Assembly: GCA_012295275.1 (NCBI GenBank)
Contig: CM022670.1
Location: 37,138,001-37,202,000 of the forward strand
DNA length: 64,000 nucleotides
Source of the DNA: Chrysomallon squamiferum
Lineage: Eukaryota > Animalia > Mollusca
Direction of reading: 5' to 3'
This document shows, in pieces, positions 1-13,749 of this stretch. How positions within the stretch are numbered: the stretch's first letter is position 1; every line of letters begins with the position of its first letter. The notes under the pieces are model-generated. The model saw only the letters and a program-made list of their open reading frames with translations. It was not told where the DNA came from and searched no databases. The translations under genes and the position numbers were made by a program.

Positions 1-482
1 TAAGCTTTGTATTTGCTAAGTTTACAGAAGAAATTAATTTCATGCGCTGATGTCTAATTTGAACTTACTCATGTAAATGTTATTATTAGCCTATCTGGAA
101 TTATCTCCCTTATACTAAAACGAGAAATCTTTCTACTGAAATGAACAGATTAGTCTTTACTTCCTGTTTGAGCTCACTATACCGAAAATAATAATAGTTT
201 TCATCATAATAAAGTTCCTTGCTTTGCTTTAGAAGTTTTCATTTTCATAATCGTGGTCAATAATGAGGGTTTTATGTAATTGTATTTCAAAAAAGCCTTC
301 ATGTAAATATGTGCAACTGAAACGATATTATAGACGATATGTTTCCAAAATGTTCCAAAACTTTGGGAAAGTGCAACCTCCAGATACGACTTATTCATGT
401 AAAAGTCAGAAGGTATGATAAAATACTCCTTTATAAATAAATATATTCTGGAAATATTAGTTAAGTAATATAGCATATTAAA

Positions 483-517
483 GTAGTAGTAGTAGTAATA
501 ATTATTATTAATATTAA

Positions 518-610
<93 letters not shown>
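483..610. repeat. Compound (TAG)n/(TAT)n microsatellite
   Basis: Trinucleotide runs read directly; they account for the low-complexity ORF 204..665. Confidence 0.95.
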
Positions 611-801
611 AAATATAAAAACGAATCAGCAGATGTATAATGGACATAATATATGATGATAACATTTTAAAAAAGCAATGATCAGTATACCAGTTACCTT
701 ACATAGTAGTAAGACCCATAATAAAAATAATAGTATTCTGGCCAGTATTTTATAATTTATAGATAATATTTGTTTAGCTGAAAATCATTATATTTTTTCA
801 G

Positions 802-3800
802 CTGATGTTGTACAATGATGTCATCGAACCATGTCATACAGGAACATTTCATTTGCTTCCTTTTGGATACCGAGCATTTGAAAAACTGATAAAAATAATT
901 GATAGAGAAATGCAAGCAATTGGTGGACAGAAATTAGCTATGCCATCTTTAGCTCATGCTGATGTGTGGAAAACCTCAGGTAAAATATTTTTTATAGATT
1001 ATTTCCATTAAATACTTCATTTAGATTGCATGTGTGTGTGTATTTATATATATATATAATAACAAGTCCAGATTATTTTCCCATGATGATTAATGAATAT
1101 TCTTTTGATAAATAATCTGTACTATGGTTAAAGATTTATTGTTCCATGTAATTTTTGAAAACAACAGTATATCCTATATATCAGTTGATGGAGATTTAAA
1201 GAAAACACACGTGAATATATTTACAAATGTTAATGCTGTTATATTTTTTTATTATTTTTAAAAATGAATATAAGTTTGATCACTGATCACCAAAAAAATC
1301 CAATAACAGTGAGTTGATTGTATCTTGATTGTTAATTTTTTATTTTCAGTTTTTTAAAATAATACTTAAATAATTGCTATCCTTTCAGGAAGATGGGATT
1401 TGGTGGGTGCAGAACTTTTTAAGCTGAAGGACAGACATGAAAATGAATATTGCCTTGGACCAGTAAGTATTTCCATGTCAACTATTTGGCAACATATCTG
1501 TCTAAATTAGATAAAAGCATGTTGCCCTACAAATCTTTAATACTTATATTACACTAATATCATCTCTATGAACTGAGTTATATTGGATACATAGTGGATG
1601 ACATTTTACCCTGGTAAAACATACATTAAATACATACTAACATGAGACTTATCTTCATTTATTCATCTGAGGTTTAGTTCATGTTACAGAAATATTTAAT
1701 ATTTTTGGAAATCTCTGTCTTTATTTTTCATTAAAATAACAACATTTTATTACTAGCTAATATTTTTTTTTATGTCTCCTTTAATTTAGAGTTACTAATT
1801 CAAAATCCTTCTTTATAAACAATTTTAATTTTTCATTTGTTTGATCTGTTTGCATGTTTCTCTGTTAATAAATAATATTTAAACCTCACTCCTAATATTT
1901 GCTTATCCTGAACAATATTTGCTCTCTGTAACTTATTTTTAATTAATACTTCTTTTTATATATAAATAATTTTATTTAAAAAATATATTTATGTCAAAAT
2001 AATTGTTTATTTATTTTGATTTTTTAAAATTATGTTCAAAACATAAAACTGAATGATAACACTACTTTAAAGTTAAATTATACAAATATATATTTAAAGA
2101 AAATTTATCTCTGCTTTTAAGTTATATTATGGCATATATTATATGTAATATTTAATTATTTCAAACAGTTCAGATTCAATAAACAAAAGTTTATTTTAAA
2201 TGTATTCTTATTATGCAAAATAATAATATTATTTTATTTTAATTTTTATATGAAAACAACAAATAAAATTAACGAAATAGAATGGTATTATGATCAGTCT
2301 TTAGACAATGTCATTCTGTTTTCAGACTCATGAAGAACTTGTGACAAATATGTTTGCTTCCATATCACCCATATCTCACAAACGACTACCAATTATGCTG
2401 TATCAGGTAAAAAGAGACAAGGATCAGAAGAAATCATCAGCTAATTTTATCAAGTGTATTGGAACATACTAACATCGACATTTTGGTTTTGGTCTCATGA
2501 TAATGCATGCCAGATGTGATTTGAATTTGTGAAGGTGAAATATCCTGCAAAATCCATATTACACAAAGTGAGCAGTAATAGGGCCAAAACACATAGTGGA
2601 CGAATTTTTATTTTTATTTTTTAGGTAGAATCATATTTAGTCTAGCACTAGCTCATGTAGTTTTTATGTTTGTTATTTCATAAAAGGTGATGGCATCAGA
2701 CATGAATAGAAAATATATTTTTCTTAATTTTACCTTTCCAGATTACAAAAAAATTTAGAGATGAAATGAATCCAAAGTATGCTCTGTTGCGTTCAAGAGA
2801 ATTTGAGATGAAAGGTTTGTTGAACATATTCACAGAATATATCTCCTCAGTAAAAGAATGCTTTAATTAAAAACATTATAATGAAAAAACCCCACAAAAA
2901 TTCATAAATAAAATGGCTTACACAAAACTCTATTCATTTTTAAATCTTTTATTTTAAATGTAAATATTTACATTAATTACAAATAAGTTAATTGTTATTA
3001 CTGTACTTTTAAAATTTGTACATTTGCATTGTTTCAATATTTAAATAATAAACATACAAACACACACACACAAAATTAAAAAAATGAAAATGTTTGATAT
3101 TTCAGATATGTATACCTTTGATTCTACTGAAGAGAAAGCCTTGGACACCTATGACCAAGTATGTCAAGCATACAATCGAATTTTTGATGCACTCAAAGTG
3201 CCGTATGTGAAAGGTAAACCTGATGAGTAGTTGCTTCTGGTTTTCTTTTTGTCTTTTTCTTTTAAAATTGTTATTGATCTTATCCTTGAAATTTATGTAT
3301 TGAAGAGAATATTGTATAAATTATATATCAATAATGAGTTAGCATGAAATAATTAATGTTTTAGAGAATAAATGATACATTTCTTAACAGCTGAAAATAT
3401 GAAAGCAGATGAATTCCAAAAAGTATTTGTGACAGGATGACTGTGAAAATGAATACTAAGATATCATAATATTAATGCACTTAATGGTTTTTAAAAAATA
3501 TTTTTGATTATATTTTTAATGATTAATAATACTTATAATTATAGAAGTAGATTAAACTTGTAATTATGGCTATATATCTAATATTTCTAGTGATTATATT
3601 TGTATATAATTTGTATAAAATGTCACCCTTAGTTCTGGGAGATACTGGTAAAATTGGAGGAAATATGTCTCATGAATATCACTTCCCTGCATCTGTTGGA
3701 GAAGACACAATTTACACATGTAAAAAGTAAGCCTTATCTTAGAAAAAAACACAACAAATTGAAACATTAAAAATGAAACTATATTTAACATATATTAATA

Positions 3801-6800
3801 TATTTCTGAAGGAGGGTTTGTTTAATCTTTAATAATTTGCTTAAAATTCTGAAAATAACTGTTTACAGTATGCTTTTCACTAGCTTGTCCTTTTAGACAT
3901 GATAATAAATAAAAATGAAAGTAAACTGAAACAAATAATAACTTATTGTGAGAGGATCCTTGCATGCAGCAACATTCTCACATGAATTGGCATCTAAAAC
4001 AAATATGCAGTTTTAAAAAATAAACAATATCCAGTTTTCTGGATTTCTGAAAGCCAGATAAATGGTCCTTTACCTGTATTTGTTTTTAAATACACACATT
4101 GTTAGACATTACATCAGTAAATTATTCATTGTGATTAAACTGAACTTGAATGCACAAAGACTGATTAACAATAATACTTGCTCCATAAATATTTATGAAG
4201 TTTAACTGTTTCAAATTTCATGTTAGAATAATTAATGAGTGAATGTATAGTTTGTACTTTTTTAAAATATATATATATATATATTTTTTTTTCTTTTAGA
4301 TGTGGACATGGGATAAACAGTGAAATGACAAGTGAGTATGTTAAAAATAATTTAATCACAGTTACTGAAGCATAATGACCTCTAATATTAGTGTTGCAGA
4401 TTCCATAAAAGCAGAAATTAATTTTTCAGTACTCAAATTGTTCAGAACAGTCGAAATTTTTCCTTTCATGCAGAGTTACCTCTGTGTCTGTTATTTTGTT
4501 ATGTAATGTAAGAAAACTGTTTAAAATGAATAAGAAGAGAAATTCACTTTCACATAGTTAAACTGTTTAAAATGAATCAAAAGAGAAATTTCAAATAACT
4601 TTTGTGTAGCTGAACTGTTTAAAGGGAGGAATTTACCTTTAGTGTTGTGTTTTCTGACCCATTTTAACATCCATTTCTGGACTATCAAATAGTCCAAAGT
4701 TCTCTTGGAATCAAAAATGTTTGAACTATACTGAGTCTTCATTCAGAATATTTTAAATAATTAGTATTAATTCTGATTGTATGTTTAAAACTCTACAGTT
4801 ATTGCCTGTTAATAATATCAGGAACATGTATAAATAATGTTTACTGTCTAATTAGTCACCTTTTTTTAAATATTATCCTTTTTATTTAGTTTGTCATCAG
4901 TGTGTTCCTGTTTACATCTGCGGTCATTGGGCAGTGACAAAAATAATTCATTCTTGACTTGCCTCTGTATTACCAGAGTAAATAGACAAATGAGTAGAAA
5001 GTAACACAAATGTTGTGTGTTTGTCTTTTTTCACAGCTGAATCAGAACAGTACAAAACCCTGACAGATGCATGTCCTTCGAAAAGTGCTAGCTGTTGTTT
5101 AGAACGCACACCAGGAATTGAGGTTTGCTCTGCAGTTATCTTATGTAATTTGTATATTACGATAAACAGAAATCTGTTTTTCTAAGGCTAATTGTAATTA
5201 AATGCTCATTAATTTTTAAAATGACATTTTCTATAGAAAGATATTCCTGAAACAGTTCCTGAAATAGTTAATTTGTTTTTTTAACCTTTTATTTTTTTAT
5301 TTTTTTTTTTTTTTTTTTAATTTCAAGAAAAATTAGTATATATTAGTTGTTTGTTAACTATTTTTGTAATGAAAAATCTGAGGGTTACTGTTATCAGTTA
5401 ACAAACAATAATATTAACTATTCCTTGTGATGCACATCTCAATGCATTTGATATTTTACTCTGTGGTTCCGGCTGGAATGTGAAATCACCCAATGTGTTC
5501 CTGTGAGTTGTTTTCTATAAATTTCATGTTTTCCAGGTGGGACATGCATTTCTGTTAGGTACAAAATATTCTGAAGTGTTTAATGCTCAGTGTCAGAATT
5601 CTGAAGGTCAAGTTCAGTAAGTAGAACTTTATATACTAAATTATTTTAGTATATGCAATTTAGTATTTTTATGTTAATTTAATATATTTTTATCTTTTTA
5701 GCAGTTTATAAACCACCTTTATTAATAATAACCCACAGAAAAAAAGAGGCTATGAACAGAACTGTTCTCTGTAGATAACCTCTTGTGCCATACATCTTCT
5801 TCTGTATTTTTTTTTTTTTTTTTTTTTTTGTGTGTGTTCTTTTTAAGTCAATAGAATAAAAATTATTATAAAATAATTTAACCACAACAGTAACCAGTAA
5901 AATAAATATCTTTCTCGTCACAAATTTTTATTTTTATTTTTGTTTTTAAATGCTTTGTTTTCAGACTGACACACATGGGTTGTTTTGGTCTTGGGGTGAC
6001 AAGAATTTTACAAGGATGTATTGAAGTGCTGTCTTCAGAGAAACAAATACGGTGGCCTCAGATCATAGCTCCCTTTCAGATTTGTATTATTCCACAGAAA
6101 GTAAGCCATATTGCTGTTACTAAGTCTGAGTGCGTGCGTGCGTGCGTGTGTTGTTTATTTTGTTTTTGTTTTTTCTACTGAAGTATTTTCATAATTTATG
6201 TGTATTTGCTATGAACTTAATTTATATGCGTTATTCCACAGAAAATAAAACATATTGCTATTACACATATTAAATTTTTGTTTTTACTGGTATTGCTAAA
6301 CATGCTTTTGTCATTTATATTGATCTGTTATGGATATTTTCTGTTTCATTTTAATTCATTAATGATAGTAATAATTAAAAAAAAACCACAGTTGTTATAA
6401 CTCCCACTAACTACTGTTAGTAAACTGAATTACTTTGTTTCACTTAATCCATGAAACACTTAGTTTTACACTGAATTACATTGTTTTATACACCGAGTTG
6501 CACTGTTTAACATAAAGCAGGAAAAGATACACAAGTAAAATATGCTACTTGTTTATCGCATTTCAAAGAAGACTACAGTGGTCAAGAGTGTTACACTGTT
6601 TAACTTATATTCAAAAAGACTACAATGGTAAAATGTGCTACATAGTTTAACTTACTTCACTACACTACAAAGGTGAATTCAGTTTAATTGGGTTTCTTCA
6701 ACCGTTAATAATTTGAGTTTTACTGTTTTCCTCTTTTTAGGAAGGCTATTTGGCTAAGGAGTTCTTTGAGAAGGCTTTAAACCTCTGTGACTCTTTGTCT

Positions 6801-7498
6801 CAGTGTCCCAATGTTAAAGACGAAGTTGTTATTGATGACAGAATATGGATGACGGTCGGCAAACGACTCTATGAAGCTACACGAATGGGTTATCCCTACG
6901 TCATTGTAACAGGAAAACAGGTATACTGTCATGAATAAATTATTGTATTAGTTATGTTCTTACTTACAACTGTTTATGATATTAATGTTATTTTTTGTTT
7001 GTTGCTGTTTTTTTTTTTTTTTTTTTTTTAAAGAAGAACATAAATCTTTTTAATATGCATTTTTTATGTTTTTTTTTAATTAATTTTTTTATCTTAACCC
7101 CTCCAAAAAGAACAAAAAATAATAAATTTAACAATAAAACTACAAAGTTTTAACCTAAAGCCTAACTTTTGTACTATCATTTAAAAAAAACAAAACCCTT
7201 TTAACTAATATTATTTTATTTATTTTTTAAACGAATATAATGCCATTAGCTAATTTTATTTTTATTATTAAATTATTATTATTATTTTGTTTTTATTGTA
7301 TCTTTTATGTTTTTATAATTTTTGTTACTATAACAAATAACATTGCAACTGAAGTAAACATAAAATAAGATTTTTATTTTCTTTCAGGCTTTGGAAAAAC
7401 CAAGTTTGTATGAGGTTATAAACACAGCTAATGAAGAAACCCTCTTTCTCAGTGCTGAACAAATATATGACAAGATGTCTACAGTTGAAACTGTATAA
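802..7498 (+). CDS. PARS2: Mitochondrial prolyl-tRNA synthetase, multi-exon, 5'-incomplete. Exons 802-979, 1389-1462, 2326-2406, 2742-2814, 3106-3213, 3633-3726, 4300-4331, 5037-5122, 5537-5616, 5965-6100, 6741-6920, 7388-7498
   Basis: GT-AG exons join in frame and give class II ProRS motifs: KTSGRWD, YCLGPTHEE, motif 2 [57 protein letters not shown], motif 3 [12 protein letters not shown], and anticodon-binding region [13 protein letters not shown]...VVIDDR...VGKRL. TAA at 7496-7498; AATAAA at ~7551. Confidence 0.93.
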
Positions 7499-8364
7499 TG
7501 GATAATACAAGACTTTTTTAAAATACACCAGTTGTGATATGTACAGCCTAAATAAAAATACGGTATATGTCTAGATTATTTTGTTGCTTTCAACCATTTT
7601 TGGCTAAAAGTAAAATATAATTTAAAGAAAATATATTCTCCTTTTTTATATTTTTAATAACCTCAGAAATTATGAAACATTTCTGGCAGAATGAGCAAAT
7701 GGCGGTTTTTAAATGATTTATTCTGTGATTTAAAAAAAATATAATTTTTTTGTTTTGTTAAATCCACACTAAATGATGATTATGATAAAAGACAAAACAT
7801 CAGCTGCCATGAATCATCTTTAGCTTGTTTGTCTAACTGTTTTACTTTATGGTCAGCTAGAGAAGGTTTTATTATTATTATTATTATTAAATTATTATAT
7901 ATTTTTTGTATCATTACGTTTCTTATAAACAATATGACTATAATACCAAGGCTGTGAAAAAAAAAAAATATATATATATATATTTTTTTTTATTATTCTT
8001 TAATGCTGTTTTCCAAAAATGGCTGTGTTGTTGTTATCATTTCAAAGAACAATTTGTATATTCAAATGACCTGTGTGTTAATTTGTGACTGAAAACAGAC
8101 TCTTATTACTAAAATATAGTGGTTTTAATATTTTAATAATTCTTATTAAACTATACCAAGTATTTTATAAGAATATTATTTGTATAACTTGTCTAAATAA
8201 TTTTTTTTTTTGAAAAACTGTTAATAAAATAAAGTTTGTAATCATTTACCTGCTTAATTTGATTTAGAGGTCACTGTTGTTGTTTTTTTGATCGAAACCA
8301 GATAAATACTACTTTCTTTGATTTTTCTCTCTTTAATCGTGTCATAATTTCAAATCTAGAAATT

Positions 8365-8415
8365 ACTGAAACAGTATGAACACTGAAACAGTATGAACAC
8401 TGAAACAGCATGAAC
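8365..8415. repeat. 17-bp tandem repeat x3 (ACTGAAACAGTATGAAC)
   Basis: Three adjacent near-perfect units just left of the array boundary. Confidence 0.85.
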
Positions 8416-9616
8416 AGTGCAAATAAACGTTATTTAATTATGTTTTTGAAATAACCAAACTAGCGAAAATAATATTACTTGTGGGACATTTTGAACAAAT
8501 TGTCGGTCATTAGTGGGACTGCTTTCCTACGACTGTACTTTAGTAGACTTCTAATGAGTTAGAGTTACAAGCCTATCCAAATGTCTGAGCTGTTCTCTGC
8601 CAGCAGAAACTCGGGCTACGTATCCGTGCGATGTGCGTTTAGCCACTTCGTTCACATCGATGCTATCTGCACTTCTAATGTACATTTATTTATATTCACT
8701 GGTAGTTAAAAGCTCACGTGCTTGTCAAATCGATGATAAATACATCACTTACTGTGACCTAACTTACCAGTTTACGTAGAAGATTGATATATAACAGTCA
8801 GTGTCTTATCGCAACAAGAAAATGTGAACACGTAAGCATTCCCGGAGAAGATGTCACATGACTGATTTCTTTGAAAGCTAGTGATTTACATTACATAAAA
8901 AAAAAATGCACGGAAAAAACATTCGTAGGACACACACTTGGATCTCCAAGAACGGCCGATAAAGACATCTAAACAAAGAGAGATAGAGGGAGAGAGAGAA
9001 AAAAAAAGAAAAAGGGTTAGTCTTTTATTTTAAATTAGTTTATTAATTTCCACTTTTTAGACTTTCCATTTAACTGGATTTTATACAAATTACCTGGTAG
9101 TATATCTTATATATTTTTTTTTTTAGTAAAATAGAACAATACGGATTATATATATATATGTAAAAGGATATGTAATTTCTAATATAAATATGAATTTTAA
9201 AGATTATTCAGACATAATCACATCATGAACACCCTTTAGTTGAACCTTGTACCTTGAAAACAATTAACGTGCTAATCAGATGTATATAGATATATATATA
9301 TTTCTTTTTTTGTACGTCCACGACAGGCACGCTTTCTGACAGGTCAGCGGGCGTGTCTGTCGCATCTCTTTAGTTTCATACTTTAGTTTCATACTTCCCT
9401 TTTTTATAATGATATGAAACTTGAAAAATCCATCTTCATTCGGAACACATTGGGTCATTTGTTCGAATATATTAAATTTACTTCACTTTAATATTCTTAA
9501 ATTCAAAAGACGCTTAAATGGAAGTATTTAAAATATGTACATACCGAATAAGCGGAATAACTTTAATTTTTTAATTTTTAATTTTATTTTTTTCTAGATT
9601 GCGTATATTAAAAATA

Positions 9617-10866
9617 ATGTCAGACGAAGACTACATTATTTTCTCCACTGAAGAATTAGAGGAGGCCAAACAATATGTCCAGCAACACGGAGTTTTACGT
9701 TTACCTGATTTTCTGAAATATAAAACCGAACAGTGGAAATATGTCAGCGTTAATATTGGTATTGTAGGAGAATCGGCTGTGGGAAAATCCTCATTCATTA
9801 ACTGTATTCGGGGATTAACAGCAGATGATCCAGATGGCGCTCCTGTTGGAACTGGTGATACAACAAGTGAACCGACGAAGTACTGTCATCCTTACAATGA
9901 AGAGCTTGTTTTTTGGGACTTACCGGGAGTAGGAACACCAAAATACCCGAGAAATGAAGAGTATCTAAAGAACATTAACTTTGAAAATATGATTTTTTCC
10001 TTCTCCTTTCTGACAACAGGTTTTCATCCAACGATGTTTGGTTAGCAAGAGAAATTGAAAAGAGAGGAAAACATTTCTTCTTTGTCCGCACAAAAATTGA
10101 CGAAGCAATGGAAAATGAATTGGAATTATGTGGAAGCACTTTTTCAGCTGCTGTCGTTCTGGATAAAATAAATAAAAATTGTGAAGAAAACTTCAAAGCA
10201 GCTCAGCTGACTAATCGACGGGTGTTTTGCATTTCCAACTATCACAGAGAGATGTGGCAGTTTGAAGAACTTATGCAAGAACTTATTGTCGCATTGCCTG
10301 ACATGAAGAGAAATGCTCTGGTGCTGTCCATTGGTCCTGTGTCAAAACAAGTATTAAAGGAAAAAACCAAATTACTTAAAACACAGATTTCTAAGAAGGC
10401 CGCCCTTTCTGCTATTGGAGCAGCTGCAGGTTCTCTGGTCCCAATACCTTTAGTGGGTGGAGCTGTTGGTGTAGCAGTGGATATTGGTATACTGGTGGGC
10501 GAGATAAATTTTTATCTCAAACAGTATGGGCTTGATGACGAGTCACTAAAACGACTATCGGAACGTACCAACACGACCGTGGACTACTACGTAAAATCAC
10601 TTAAATTTGCTTCTGAGATCATTGTGAGTAGACAGAGTATTAAAGCTTTTGTTATCAACAGGATTAAAAAGGAAACTGTGAGCCAAGGACGGAAAAGAAT
10701 TGCTTCTGAATTTCTAAAACTGATTCCTTTGGTGGGGAGCATTGCGGCAGGCGCAATATCGTTTGGAACTTGCTACTACTTTCTAGACAAAACAATCGAC
10801 GAGTTTGAGACTGACGCGCTGGCTGTTGTTGATGCCGCCATTGGAAAAACACAATCTGAAATCTGA
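9617..10866 (+). pseudogene. IRG/IIGP-family GTPase copy 1, frameshifted (or a sequencing error)
   Basis: Near-identical to the intact copies but has 4 A instead of 5 at 9984-9987 (TTTGAAAATAT vs TTTGAAAAATAT), splitting it into ORFs 9599..10045 and 10108..10866. G1 GESAVGKS, G3 WDLPG. Splice acceptor at 9596-9597. Confidence 0.85.
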
Positions 10867-11083
10867 CTCACAGAAAGAGTTCTTGACAAAAACAGTCATC
10901 TCTAGATATATTGCCGAAACGAATACGCAGTTTTAATAATAATGGGGAAAAAAACAAACAAAAAAGCGGACACATAATAGAAAACTGTTAACAGTATATT
11001 GTATTGTCTATTAGAGTGGTCATACTGACATCAGATTACCAGATGTGTTAATTAATTCATAGAGAAAAAGTTCCACAAATAAT

Positions 11084-11122
<39 letters not shown>

Positions 11123-11169
11123 TTTACACAAGTGTGAACAAGTGAGACCTTTCATGATATATAATTATT

Positions 11170-11765
11170 TACATTTTCACGAATACCCCCAAACCCCCTT
11201 TATTGTTGGATAAAAACCTGACCGCAGCTGAAAAAACTAATAACCCAGGACCCTCTGGAGACATATGACTGCTCTTGTGGCTTGTCAGTGGCAACCCTGT
11301 GTACCTGGTTGGCTGCTTATACCACTCCTAGTCCTTTAATCAGAGAGTGGGCAAGAGCCAAAGTTCCCAAACTGTAATTGCCCTAATTATAACAGCCACT
11401 GGGAGTAATTCAAGTACATCTACATTACCTTACATGCCATCTCGGTTATTCGTAGGTTGGCTGAATAACTTCCCATCGGCACATGCCAGTGAATCCTTTG
11501 GTAATAACCTGTTCCCCTACAGGTCAGTACATGGACCGTAACCCTGGACCAGATGAACCTTACCTCTGTAGCTGTCTGTCGGGGATTCCTCCATCAGAGC
11601 AACAAATTAAATTACCTGACCCCTTGCACTACTTGTATTATAACAAAATTAAATATAATTTTTTCTTCAACCGGCTGTCCATGCTCACGGTGCTGAAGAC
11701 GATGGCATCTTATCGATCTGGCTCTTCATGCTGTGGTTCACTGGATTCTGTTGCTGTTAAAACCG

Positions 11766-11809
<44 letters not shown>

Positions 11810-12150
11810 AAATAAAAAAAAAATCCAGAGCAGTATAGTGAATACCACATTTATATTTTTGTGCTTGGTGGGTTGGAATTTTTTCCTGTCGTGGCTGAAA
11901 TGGAGCTCGAATGGAAAAGATCGATTTCTGCGCATATGACGCTTGTATTGCTTTGACCTGTCAACTAGGGTTAATTCCCTTTGGCCATTACCTCCCCTGC
12001 CACCATATACTACTAACCACCCAACTAGTTGTGTTTTTCCCTGGCATTAAATGAGTTTGTCAGGTATTACGAATAATCTGTATTACATTTGACATTTTTA
12101 AAAGATATATCCGAAAATTACCTGAGAAACAGACTATGAATATTAAGAAG
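11170..12150. repeat. Unidentified ~1 kb GC-richer repeated element, copy 1
   Basis: Recurs at ~27360-28375 and ~46410-47370, always 3' of IRG copies 1, 3 and 5. Confidence 0.8.
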
Positions 12151-12471
12151 AGAGAAATATTAAATGATAAACATTTCTTAATAAAAACGTTTCACAAAGG
12201 ACTTTTGGGGAGGAAATAATGCAATCGTTTATAGAAAGTGTTACTTTACCAATAACTTTTCTTGGAAACAGTGCCACAATTCCGCCATTAACTAAATCAC
12301 TTTTGTAAGTATCAGTTTTATTCCTTTGTATTTCCTCCTACTGACAATTTCAAAATAGGAATGTTACGATATGCATTGGCATAGGCAGAAACAATGGCAT
12401 AATTATAGCCATAAGTCGGTATCTATAAATACAAACTCATAATTTAATACTAAAACTGTCTTTTAGTATAC

Positions 12472-12509
12472 CTTTCGTTTTCGGCTGTTCGATGTGCAGT
12501 TTCAGCCAT
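12472..12509 (-). pseudogene. Orphan first coding exon of mini-IRG (MAETAHRTAENE-AG|GT); exons 2-3 absent
   Basis: 38-nt ATG exon with GT donor, homologous to exon 1 of the four mini-IRG copies. Intron-1-like sequence continues to ~12110 and then switches to the unidentified 1 kb element. Confidence 0.75.
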
Positions 12510-12664
12510 GATTTATTTTATTTATTTTTACAAATCGGGAATGTTAAACCTCATTATATAAAGTAGGTAAATATCTGCGAATGTGCTGAATTGATTATGT
12601 TATATAATCCTTTTTAAATCCACTTATCCTGAAAATCCGATTAATAATCATCGTGTTTGCTCTT

Positions 12665-12743
12665 GGAAATCCCATTACAAATTGGCGAGCATGGAAATCC
12701 CCATTATCATTGTGACTACGTGACGTATGTGACGGAATTCCCT
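12665..12743 (-). promoter_or_regulatory. Cluster of three NF-kB/Rel-like sites plus a CRE-like TGACGT
   Basis: GGAAATCCCA (12665-12674), GGAAATCCCC (12693-12702; reverse complement GGGGATTTCC matches the kB consensus GGGRNNYYCC), GGAATTCCCT (12734-12743) and TGACGTA at 12721. They lie ~160-230 bp upstream of the orphan exon ATG. Confidence 0.6.
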
Positions 12744-13137
12744 TAAAATAACTGTTTATAGCATGTTTCCAGAAATAACTGTTTATACCATGTTTATAAA
12801 ATTTTGCTGAGATTACATTATGTGAAAAAAACCTTATGAGCGGAACGAAGTACAGATGGAATGAGACAAATGTTTCAGAAAATATTATTATATTCGTGTA
12901 ACAGAAAAAGCAAAAATGAAACTATCTCGTCGATATGAAAACAGTTACGAATTTTTATCTGAAAAAAATTTGCCGGTATTTTTCTTTCAGAATCTGTGGA
13001 GAAACTGATTTATTTCAGTCATTTGGCAACATAAACACTGAATGTGTCATATAGTTTCAAACCAATATACAAGTGTTCTTTATCAAAATGAAGCTTTAGA
13101 GCTAAACAATATTTTTAAGCATTTTCCTAATATTCAG

Positions 13138-13138
<1 letters not shown>

Positions 13139-13205
<67 letters not shown>
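13139..13205. repeat. (ATT)n microsatellite
   Basis: Direct read. Confidence 0.95.
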
Positions 13206-13439
13206 GAATTTAATGAGTTAATCAGTAACATGAATTAGAGTTAATTTGCCTTATGATTTTTCATTATACCGATATCAAAAAATGTATAAACAATCAAACA
13301 TACCTAGAACTGTCTTTATAATCAACATCTCTCTCAGAAAGAAAATATTATTTAAAACTAGAATGTCATGCTACATAACTACTAAATCAAACAAAATAAA
13401 CGAAATAAAACTTTTCAGACATCGGCAGCAATGATATTC

Positions 13440-13749
13440 GCTAAAACGACCATCGCAACGTATCAATACGACCGTGACTAGTACATAAAATGACTTAAAT
13501 TTGCTTCGACCATCATTACGAAAAGACAGAGTATTTGTTATCAACGTGATTAAGCAGGAAGGAGAGAAACAAAGAGAGAAGAGAATTGATACGAAATTTG
13601 CGAAACCGAGTCCAGTGTTTAGAACAGGTGTGGCGAGTCTCATTTCATTTGTATCGTGCTATTACGTTCTGAATAAAATCATCCACGATTTACAGAATGA
13701 CGGACTCGCCGTTGCTGATGCTTCAGTAAAGAAGAATGCACTGTTCTAA
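13440..13749 (+). pseudogene. Decayed C-terminal fragment of a more diverged full-length-type IRG
   Basis: CTAAAACGACCATCGCAACGTATCAATACGACCGTG aligns to the LKRLSERTNTTV coding DNA; ISFVSCYYVLNKIIHDLQNDGLAVAD aligns to ISFGTCYYFLDKTIDEFETDALAVVD; contains indels. Confidence 0.8.

Noticed and set aside
204-665. 153-aa ORF with poly-T/N/Y runs
   Set aside because: Translation of a microsatellite, probably within a PARS2 intron. The same applies to other poly-L, poly-Y, poly-K and HT-repeat ORFs (e.g. 20265..20510, 17477..17668, 47403..47612).
9370-9400. ISRE-like AGTTTCATACTT repeats
   Set aside because: They do not match AGTTTCNNTTTC fully and are expected by chance in AT-rich DNA.
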